Below the pieces are notes generated by a model. It saw only the letters and a program-made list of their open reading frames with translations. It ran no database searches and was not told where the DNA came from. From Candidatus Ancaeobacter aquaticus (GTDB lineage: Bacteria > Auribacterota > Ancaeobacteria > Ancaeobacterales > Ancaeobacteraceae), in assembly GCA_030765405.1 (NCBI GenBank), contig JAVCCP010000079.1:1-33186 (forward strand): 33,186 nucleotides of DNA, in the 5' to 3' direction. Shown in pieces: positions 1 to 7,101 of the stretch (position 1 is the stretch's first letter; each line of letters begins with the position of its first letter). A program made the position numbers and the translations under genes.

Positions 1-1500
1 CGCCCACGCGGATCCGGGAGTAAGCCCTGTCAGCTTTTTAAAATTAAGACTGGCGTTTTTATAATCTTTGTTTTTGAAATAGCATTGCCCTAGTCCGCTA
101 TATGAGCCTGCAAGTTTAGGATTAAGCCTTATCGCATTCTTAAAACTAGTAATAGCTGCGGGATAATTTCCTTTTGCTAAATGGATTTGCCCTTGCATAT
201 TATGTGCCCCTGCAGCTCTAGTATCAACCGCAGCAGCTTGTTTCGCAATAGCGGCTTGTTTCGCAATAGCGGCTTGTTTTGCAATAGCAGCTTGTTTTGC
301 AATAGCGGCTTTCTTTGCAGCAGCAGCTTTCTTTGCAATAGCGGCTTTCTTTGCAATAGCAGCTTGTTTTGCAATAGCGGCTTTCTTTGCAATAGCAGCT
401 TTCTTTGCAATAGCAGCTTTCTTTGCAATAGCGGCTTGTTTTGCAATAGCGGCTTTCTTTGCAGCAGCAGCTTGTTTTGCAATAGCGGCTTTCTTTGCAA
501 TAGCAGCTTGTTTTGCAATAGCGGCTTGTTTTGCAATAGCAGCTTGTTTTGCAATAGCGGCTTTCTTTGCAGCAGCAGCTTTCTTTGCAATAGCGGCTTT
601 CTTTGCAATAGCAGCTTTCTTTGCAATAGCAGCTTTTTTTGCAGCAGCTTGCTTTAGGGTATCGATTTTTTTATCTATGACGCTTAGTTTATTTTTCGCA
701 GATGTTAATGCACTTTCCGCTACGGCCACTTTTAGGTTTGCTTTTTTTATGGCCAGGTTTTTTGCCTTCAACCGGTTTGCATCGTTCTTCGCCTTTGTCT
801 CGGCGTGTATCCGTTCCCTTTCCGCATTATGGGCGGCTGTTATGCTTTTGTTGATTTCTCTCTGCGCGTTATTAATATCTCCCTTAATTTGCTTTTCATG
901 TTTATATGCTGCCAACAATTGCTTACGTGCTATTTCCACTGAGGGCTTATATTTTTCGGCTTGTTTCATTGTTTTTAAATGAATAAGTCTCCATTTCTTC
1001 TTGTACGCCTGGCTCTTCGGAGGAGCACCAATTTTATTATGAAAGCCGGGTTGCATATTGTTAAAGGCAGTTGCCGCCTGGCTTTGGTATTCATAATATT
1101 TTTTCCTGGATTCATTGTATGAAACTTTCTTTTTCTCTGTCGCGTTTTTTGCGGCGTTCAATTTCTGCTCATGACTCTTTTTCCTTGCCTTAGCCTGGTC
1201 AATTTCATGAGTCGCAAAATTATATTTTTTCTGCAGCGCGAGTTTTATTTTTGCCGCATCGAGGACGTTTTTATTCAAAGAGTTTAATAAGGAAGGATTA
1301 TTAGCCCTATTAAGTTCCCCCTGAGCTTTATTGAGATCATTTTTCGCTTTTGTCACTGCCTGCAGATTTTTTGTCCGCGCCTGCTGCAATACTCTAATGT
1401 TCGACACAGCAGAAGATGCCACGGGGGTATATGTACAGAAATAAACAAACATAAGAAGTAATGACAATATCAGCATGCGCGATCCGTATCTTGTTTTCAC
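1..1500 (-). CDS. Secreted coiled-coil / Ala-Lys hexapeptide-repeat / TPR protein, 3'-partial (>=500 aa; runs off the left edge; absent from the ORF track)
   Basis: Hand translation from GTG at 1500 (SD-like AAAGGA just upstream) gives no stop down to base 1. It begins MKTRYGSRMLILSLLLMFVYFCTYTPVASSA (signal-peptide-like), continues with about 250 aa of Lys/Ala-rich helical sequence and about 23 AK(K/Q)AA(I/A) repeats, then TPR-like AHNMQGQIHLAKGNYPAAITSFKNAIRLNPKLAGSYSGLGQCYFKNKDYKNA. Confidence 0.9.
   Translation of the reverse strand, partial: MKTRYGSRMLILSLLLMFVYFCTYTPVASSAVSNIRVLQQARTKNLQAVTKAKNDLNKAQGELNRANNPSLLNSLNKNVLDAAKIKLALQKKYNFATHEIDQAKARKKSHEQKLNAAKNATEKKKVSYNESRKKYYEYQSQAATAFNNMQPGFHNKIGAPPKSQAYKKKWRLIHLKTMKQAEKYKPSVEIARKQLLAAYKHEKQIKGDINNAQREINKSITAAHNAERERIHAETKAKNDANRLKAKNLAIKKANLKVAVAESALTSAKNKLSVIDKKIDTLKQAAAKKAAIAKKAAIAKKAAIAKKAAAAKKAAIAKQAAIAKQAAIAKQAAIAKKAAIAKQAAAAKKAAIAKQAAIAKKAAIAKKAAIAKKAAIAKQAAIAKKAAIAKKAAAAKKAAIAKQAAIAKQAAIAKQAAIAKQAAAVDTRAAGAHNMQGQIHLAKGNYPAAITSFKNAIRLNPKLAGSYSGLGQCYFKNKDYKNASLNFKKLTGLTPGSAWA
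229..654 (-). repeat. Intragenic 18-bp tandem repeat, about 23.7 copies, encoding AK(K/Q)AA(I/A)
   Basis: On the + strand the units read GCAATAGC(G/A)GCTT(G/T)(T/C)TTT, with GCAGCAGC variants. The 6-residue periodicity is visible in every overlapping reading frame. Confidence 0.97.
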
Positions 1501-1610
1501 GGTATTTTCCTTTCATTGTTTTTGTCGCATTATCCTACCTTATAAAATATCTTTTATCAATTTTTTCATTCTCTTCTTCATCTTTATGATTTTCTCCTCT
1601 TTTATAGTAC

Positions 1611-1627
1611 AGCATATATCGTGCCAA
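1611..1627 (-). promoter_or_regulatory. Putative sigma-54 (-24/-12) promoter
   Basis: Minus strand TTGGCACGATATATGCT fits GG-N10-GC and is close to the consensus TGGCAC-N5-TTGCW. It lies about 110 bp upstream of the GTG at 1500. Confidence 0.65.
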
Positions 1628-1726
1628 CTTTATCCCCTTGAAAACTACATAAAGGCGAGCATGTTATGCTTCATTATGGTGCATTTGTGGTGTTTTGAAA
1701 CATTTTGTCCGTTAAATCCGGGCTAG

Positions 1727-1745
1727 CTCAATCGTCCCCAGAACT
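1727..1745 (-). repeat. Orphan copy of the element-end-like motif found at 31700-31719
   Basis: CTCAATCGTCCCCAGAACT here versus CTCAATCCGTCCCCAGAACT at 31700-31719: identical except for one indel, same orientation, both intergenic. Confidence 0.6.
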
Positions 1746-1924
1746 CGTCCAGGAAGGGAATTCATCAGTCGAAACAGTATATTCTAAAATTTTTACAAGT
1801 ACGCGGATTAAGGTATGAAGGAGTAAAAATTGGACCCAAAAACATTGGGATTACATCAGAATAATCAAGTTTGAGAATAAAGCGGATCAATTTACATGGT
1901 GTCGTTATATTGAAATATTGAAAC

Positions 1925-1960
1925 ATAAAAAAGGCACCCCATTTAACCGGAGTGCCTTTT
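1925..1960 (-). terminator. Intrinsic terminator downstream of 1980..2537
   Basis: Minus strand AAAAGGCACTCC-GGTTAAAT-GGGGTGCCTTTTTT: GC-rich stem with one G-U pair plus a U-tract, 20 bp after the stop. Confidence 0.85.
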
Positions 1961-1979
1961 ACTTTTCATTTTTAATCAA

Positions 1980-2537
1980 TTACTTTTTCAACAATGTTTT
2001 CTCAGGAAAAGAAAAATTATTCAGATCTGCATTTCGCGGTAACGTTCTTGCAAAAACACCGTTAGTATCATTACCAACGACCGCTATTGCGTACTTAAAA
2101 TCCAACGTTTCAGGATAAACAAATTGTATTGTCGTTGTACGATTACCATCAAAAACATTTAATATTGCCGGTTGCATACTTCCTGATGATGTTAATTCAA
2201 GATATCGATTAAATGTTCTTAGAAGTTTTCGATTTCTGTCATACACATAACATTTTATGTATGGCAGCTCGACTTTACCGTTTTGATATACCTTGAACTT
2301 TACGTTGATACAGCGGAGCATCCGCATGCCAACGCCTTGATCTTTAACCCAGCTATTTACCACGCCTTTACTGACAGATTGTATTTCAATAACATTCTTT
2401 ACATTCCCACCCTGTTGCATCCTATCAGTCCAACCGACTTTATTTCTGATGTCTTCGATCGTACCGGAAAAAACGCTCGGGCAAATAACAATAATACCAA
2501 CAATTATTGCAACACTTATACCGATATTTTTTTTCAT
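1980..2537 (-). CDS. Hypothetical exported protein (185 aa)
   Basis: ATG with SD AAGGAG, hydrophobic N-terminal signal (IGISVAIIVGIIVICPSVFS), followed by a terminator. No family recognised. Confidence 0.8.
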   Translation of the reverse strand: MKKNIGISVAIIVGIIVICPSVFSGTIEDIRNKVGWTDRMQQGGNVKNVIEIQSVSKGVVNSWVKDQGVGMRMLRCINVKFKVYQNGKVELPYIKCYVYDRNRKLLRTFNRYLELTSSGSMQPAILNVFDGNRTTTIQFVYPETLDFKYAIAVVGNDTNGVFARTLPRNADLNNFSFPEKTLLKK

Positions 2538-2623
2538 AACAACTCTCCTTTTAGTTGAATGTTATGAAAGTCACTTCGTGAAATCTTTATAACACTTAAA
2601 AGCATACGATTCTAACGTGAACC

Positions 2624-3259
2624 CTATGCAGACTTATCGTCCTTCGGCGCAATAGACGCTTTATAGCATCTCTGATTACAAAAATACTTACCGTTTCTAT
2701 AATACCACGCTTTTTTCTGCAAAGCCTTGTTGCACTTCGCGCATGATTTTGGGCGAGCACCTTTACCGCGAGGAATCTTAACCTCTTCAGGTTTGGCTTC
2801 TTTTTTTTCTTCTGTCGGTGCTGGCGCTTCCTCTTTTTTCTCCTCTACTGGTGCAGGAGCTTCTTCTTTAACTTCAGGAGCTGGCGCTTCTTCAGAAGCA
2901 GCTTCCTCTTTTTTCTCCTCTGCTGGAGCGGATGCTTCTTCTTTTGCTTCCGGTGCCGGTGTTTCTTCGGCTACTGGCTCTTCTTTTTTCTCTTCTACCG
3001 GAGCGGATGCTTCTTCTTTTGCTTCCGGTGCCGGTATTTCTTCGGCTACTGGCTCTTCTTTTTTCTCTTCTACCGGAGCGGGTGCTTCTTCTTTTGCTTC
3101 CGGTGCCGGTGTTTCTTCAGCTGCAGGTTCTTCTTTTTTCTCTTCTACTGGAGCAGAATTCTCATCCTTTTTCTCAGCAGGTTGTTCCTGAGGAGCTACA
3201 ACTTCCTCTTTAACTTCTGCAGATTCTTCTGATTTTTGTTCTTTTTGCTCTTCTGTCAT
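2624..3259 (-). CDS. Acidic Glu/Ala/Pro-rich repeat protein with C-terminal Cys4 zinc-finger-like domain (211 aa)
   Basis: Perfect SD AAGGAGGT before the ATG. Four 25-aa repeats precede a basic tail with CAKC...FCNQRC. Confidence 0.85.
   Translation of the reverse strand: MTEEQKEQKSEESAEVKEEVVAPQEQPAEKKDENSAPVEEKKEEPAAEETPAPEAKEEAPAPVEEKKEEPVAEEIPAPEAKEEASAPVEEKKEEPVAEETPAPEAKEEASAPAEEKKEEAASEEAPAPEVKEEAPAPVEEKKEEAPAPTEEKKEAKPEEVKIPRGKGARPKSCAKCNKALQKKAWYYRNGKYFCNQRCYKASIAPKDDKSA
2855..3154 (-). repeat. Intragenic 75-bp tandem repeat (4 units plus partial copies), APVEEKKEEP(V/A)AEETPAPEAKEEA(S/P)
   Basis: CTTTTGCTTCCGGTGCCGGT recurs at 2941, 3016 and 3091 (75-bp period). Confidence 0.95.
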
Positions 3260-3287
3260 TATTGACCTCCTTCATACATGAGCGTAC

Positions 3288-3316
3288 ATACTATATAAAA
3301 AACGTTTTGATATCAA
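3288..3316 (-). promoter_or_regulatory. Putative sigma-70 promoter for 2624..3259
   Basis: Minus strand TTGATA-17 bp-TAGTAT, ending 28 bp upstream of the ATG. Confidence 0.55.
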
Positions 3317-3559
3317 CTTAAAAATGCCAAAAATACTTGTTTCATATATAATAGACGGAAATACAGATAAAACGTTCCATTTTACTACATACTCTTATTT
3401 ACAAGGGTATTATTTATATCCCTATATATACAAGAGCGTTACAACTATCCTAGAATTGCTACTGGCTTGAATCCGTAATAAAGTTTGCCATACAGACGCT
3501 TATTGACGGGTATAAGCTTTGTGAATTTGTGTTTTCGAAATGATATTAATTAATAGTTA

Positions 3560-4468
3560 TTAAAATTGTTCCGGCTTAATGATTACTTGTGAGGATAGTC
3601 TATTGATAGCTTTTTCACATGCGAGGATCTTATTCTTATTACGCAAATATTCATATACTGATTTTGATCTCTTATAATAAATAAGCGCCTTTTTGAGCTC
3701 ACCCCTTTTTTCATACAACCCGGCAAGATTATTGAGCCCTATTGCAATACCTTCCACATTTTCATTTTTCTTATCGAGACGCAAAGCCTCATTATAGAAA
3801 GTACGTGCTTCAGTATACTTTTTATTATCTTCCAATATATTCGCTTTGTTGTTCATTCCTGCTGCAAGGATAAATTCATTTTTAATGCTGCGCGCAATAC
3901 TAATTGCTTCATCAAAACATGCTGCTGCTTTTTTAGTTTTGCCGAGCCGATACAAAAACTTTCCGTAATTATTTAAGCGTATTGCTACATCGCTTTGTTG
4001 TCCTGACTTTCTTGAAAAAGTCAGAGCTTTTTCAAAACATTTCCCCGCATTGTCCGTTTCACCCTGCATTTCATATATATTTCCAATATTGACATAATTT
4101 GTTGCTAGTCCAGAATAATCATTCGTTTCTCTGTTAATAGTAAGTGCATTATCAAGATGCATTCGTGCTTCATCAAATTTCTCAAGGCGCACATAAATGC
4201 ATCCCATATCATTCAAATTCCTCGCGATTCCAGGCAGATTATCAATAGCTTTGTTAAGCTCTAAAGCTCCTATGAGATTAAATAAAGAGCTTTCTATCTG
4301 TCCTTTCATATATGCCTTCTCAGCATCACGAGACATATTAGCTGCCATGTGTTTCATCCCCTTTTTCTCAGGGGGGGCAATGCTACACCCAGCAAGCGAA
4401 ACAAGGCAGCATGCAACAATTGTGATGTAACAGAGATTCTTCATTTGCGGGGAATAGTTATTTTTCAT
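3560..4468 (-). CDS. TPR-repeat lipoprotein, last gene of the Mla-type operon
   Basis: Lipobox LAGC after a hydrophobic stretch and about 6 TPR repeats (e.g. ARNLNDMGCIYVRLEKFDEA, ATNYVNIGNIYEMQGETDNA). ATGA overlap with the MlaD stop. Confidence 0.88.
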   Translation of the reverse strand: MKNNYSPQMKNLCYITIVACCLVSLAGCSIAPPEKKGMKHMAANMSRDAEKAYMKGQIESSLFNLIGALELNKAIDNLPGIARNLNDMGCIYVRLEKFDEARMHLDNALTINRETNDYSGLATNYVNIGNIYEMQGETDNAGKCFEKALTFSRKSGQQSDVAIRLNNYGKFLYRLGKTKKAAACFDEAISIARSIKNEFILAAGMNNKANILEDNKKYTEARTFYNEALRLDKKNENVEGIAIGLNNLAGLYEKRGELKKALIYYKRSKSVYEYLRNKNKILACEKAINRLSSQVIIKPEQF

Positions 4469-5529
4469 TCTTTGCGCTCAATCCTGCCTTCAAACTCTAT
4501 TGGCTTATAGGTTTGTTCTTCTCTGATACCTGTTCTGATAAACGGTAAGCGTTTAACCGCCCCCATAACTTCCTGCATTTCACTCATACCTTTATTTGCA
4601 GAATCTATAAGCTCGGGTAATTTTGGCAGAACAAGTTTGAGTTCATTGCTTAAAAGATTAAGATTATCGATAAGAGTTTTACTTTCTCTCATAAATTTCA
4701 ATGTTTCATTATACAACTGCTTATTTGAAACTATTTCACCGGCCATGCCTTGATTATCGACAACGCGCTTAGATATAACATTCATGTTTTCCATAAGCTC
4801 TGCCAGCACGTTCGAATGACTATCAAGTTTTGTGTTGAGCTTGATAAAGAGTTCTGATTTATCCGTTATATGAATGGGCAATGAATTATTCTCTTTTTGA
4901 TAATTATTCAAAAATTCAACAAGATCTCGCGTATCTCTAAAAAGCTTTCCATCATCACAAAGAAGCGAAAAAACCGAACTATCGTTTTCTGCTATCTTCT
5001 TCGCAATCGTATCGAGTTTCACAAAAAGGCTCTTATAAGGACCGTCGGGATCCAATACATCTTTAAGAAGCTGTACCATTGAACTTGTTACAAACATCAA
5101 ATCCTGCATGGTAACTTCTTTCACAGTACGAACATTGATAAAAGCACCGTTTTTAAGAATCGGTTTTTCAACGGAACCAAGAGTAATTTGCAGTTCGGAA
5201 CTTCTCAGGATATTGGGTGTTACAATGGAGACAAAAGAATTGCTTCTGATCTGTTTTTGGTATTTTTCTTTAATGCATAATAGTACTTCTATTTTATTTT
5301 GCTCATTAAAATTTACATCTTTTACTTTCCCAATCGCTATACCTTCCATAGACACCACTGTATCAAGATGTATATCTGTTCCATGATTGAATTGACCTTT
5401 AAGAATATATGTTTTCGCAAACCAGTCCTGCTGTCTTGACACAATCAAAAGAAGCACAAGCCCCGAACAAATAACACCAATAACAAACATTCCTGCAACA
5501 CGCTCTACATATTTAGTTCTAAATGACAT
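4465..5529 (-). CDS. mlaD: MlaD/MCE-family lipid-transport substrate-binding protein with long helical C-terminus
   Basis: N-terminal TM, MCE motif (DTVVSMEGIAIGKVKDV...IRSNSFVSI...LQITLG), and position after MlaE/MlaF-like genes. Confidence 0.85.
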   Translation of the reverse strand: MSFRTKYVERVAGMFVIGVICSGLVLLLIVSRQQDWFAKTYILKGQFNHGTDIHLDTVVSMEGIAIGKVKDVNFNEQNKIEVLLCIKEKYQKQIRSNSFVSIVTPNILRSSELQITLGSVEKPILKNGAFINVRTVKEVTMQDLMFVTSSMVQLLKDVLDPDGPYKSLFVKLDTIAKKIAENDSSVFSLLCDDGKLFRDTRDLVEFLNNYQKENNSLPIHITDKSELFIKLNTKLDSHSNVLAELMENMNVISKRVVDNQGMAGEIVSNKQLYNETLKFMRESKTLIDNLNLLSNELKLVLPKLPELIDSANKGMSEMQEVMGAVKRLPFIRTGIREEQTYKPIEFEGRIERKE

Positions 5530-5539
5530 AAGGATTCCT

Positions 5540-6274
5540 TTATAGACTTTCCCCTGCTAAATATTCTTTTATTAAAACATTGTCACTATGAAGAACAACT
5601 TCTGGTGCATCACACATCACAACGGTCTGATCTACATATATCAAACTATCAGCAATTTCCTTTGCAAAACATATATCATTAGTGGCCACCACTGTGACCA
5701 TATTATACTTCTCTTTTATCAACTTAATCAAACTTTTTATTGCTTTTGCACTAACAATATCAAGACCGAGAACAGGATTATCATAAATGATTATATCCGG
5801 CTCGTTTGCAAGCGCCATTGCAATATTAGCTATCCGCCTCTTACTCATACTCATTTGAGCCGGACGATAATTGATCAAAGATCTGATCCCTAAATAGTCA
5901 ATAATCTCATCTATTTTTATTTCTGTTTCAGCTTTTTTGTATTTTTTAAAATACTGCTTTGGAAGTGCAATATTGTCTCTAACACTTATATTACTTATCA
6001 GTCCACCTGTTTCAAAAACAAAACCAGCAGCAATTCTTCTTTCACTAACAGCATCACACATCGGATACTGCTTACCATCAATCGTAACATCGACAGTGCC
6101 TGATGTAGGCTCATATATACCGGCCATGAGTTTACAGAGTATTGTTTTTCCCCCACCGTTAGGACCAATCATACAATAGAGTTTATCGTTTTCTATTGTT
6201 ATGTTCACATCTTTAAGGATATTTTTCCCATCAAAAGTAAACGACATATTTTTTATTGTAACGACACCACTCAT
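5540..6274 (-). CDS. mlaF: MlaF-like ABC ATP-binding protein with degenerate catalytic motifs
   Basis: Walker A GPNGGGKT and MlaF-like GFVFETGGLISNISVRDNIALP. The signature motif reads MSMSK, Walker B reads IIIYDN and the switch region reads VATND. Confidence 0.8.
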   Translation of the reverse strand: MSGVVTIKNMSFTFDGKNILKDVNITIENDKLYCMIGPNGGGKTILCKLMAGIYEPTSGTVDVTIDGKQYPMCDAVSERRIAAGFVFETGGLISNISVRDNIALPKQYFKKYKKAETEIKIDEIIDYLGIRSLINYRPAQMSMSKRRIANIAMALANEPDIIIYDNPVLGLDIVSAKAIKSLIKLIKEKYNMVTVVATNDICFAKEIADSLIYVDQTVVMCDAPEVVLHSDNVLIKEYLAGESL

Positions 6275-6283
6275 CTGCTCACC

Positions 6284-7066
6284 TTAATAATATAGTACCG
6301 TTATAAATGCGCTTATAATAAAACACCAGAAAAAAGAACTTATCACTGCTTTCGTTGTCATTTGCGGTATTTCCGTTGATGCGTAACGCGTGGATATCCC
6401 ATAAAAACAACAGATAAAAGAAATAATAAAACCAAACAAGATACTTTTAAAAATATTTATCCCTATATCAAGCGGAGTAATTGACGAAAAGACACCATCC
6501 ATATATTGAGCGGTCGGCACATACAAATAATAATTAGATAGCAACATTCCACCGACGATGGTAACCACGGTAAATATAAATGACAGACATAAAAGAGATA
6601 TCGTCATTCCAATCACACGCGGCGCTACAATAAAATATAATGGGTCTATTCCCAGCACCTTTAATGAATTTATTTCCTGATTTACAACCATAGAACTTAA
6701 TTCTGCGGCAATTGCCGTTCCGGAACGTGCAATTAAGATAAATGAGATAATGAGCGGCGCAAGCTCACGCACAACCAATATCGTAAATATTTTACCAAGA
6801 AATATGCCTGCACCTACCTGTGGCACAAACATGTCTACTTGCATGATAATTGCTGAAAAAAGAAATACTGACAGAAGGATAACAAGGGGTATCGCGTCAA
6901 CAGCAGTAAAAAGAACCTGAAAAGAAGTAACTCGAAGTATTATATGTTTTCCATGCTTGAGGTTTCTTTTAAATGAAAGTATTGTTTTATAGACAAAAAT
7001 ATTAAAATCTACAAGGATACGTATATATCTTACGACCGGCACCCCTAAAGCATGTAGAATATCCAT
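6284..7066 (-). CDS. mlaE: MlaE-family ABC permease
   Basis: Family motifs VRELAPLIISFILIARSGTAIAAELSSM...EINSLKVLGIDPLYFIVAPR and TTKAVISS. Confidence 0.92.
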   Translation of the reverse strand: MDILHALGVPVVRYIRILVDFNIFVYKTILSFKRNLKHGKHIILRVTSFQVLFTAVDAIPLVILLSVFLFSAIIMQVDMFVPQVGAGIFLGKIFTILVVRELAPLIISFILIARSGTAIAAELSSMVVNQEINSLKVLGIDPLYFIVAPRVIGMTISLLCLSFIFTVVTIVGGMLLSNYYLYVPTAQYMDGVFSSITPLDIGINIFKSILFGFIISFICCFYGISTRYASTEIPQMTTKAVISSFFWCFIISAFITVLYY

Positions 7067-7101
7067 TTTTAACCCCTATGGACTATTTCAGTATCTATGC
7101 A

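Noticed and set aside
177..657. Track ORFs 177..626 (-, QRKLLL repeats) and 181..657 (+, CNSGFL repeats)
   Set aside because: These are shadow frames of the 18-bp repeat. The third minus frame is open from 1500 to the edge and has an SD, signal peptide and TPRs.
229..3154. Tandem arrays as possible CRISPR arrays
   Set aside because: The units are contiguous with no unique spacers, have lengths that are multiples of 3 and lie inside ORFs. No cas genes are present.
2727..3213. + strand Ser/Ala/Phe-rich ORFs 2727..3191 and 2932..3213
   Set aside because: Antisense shadows of the Glu-rich 75-bp repeat gene.
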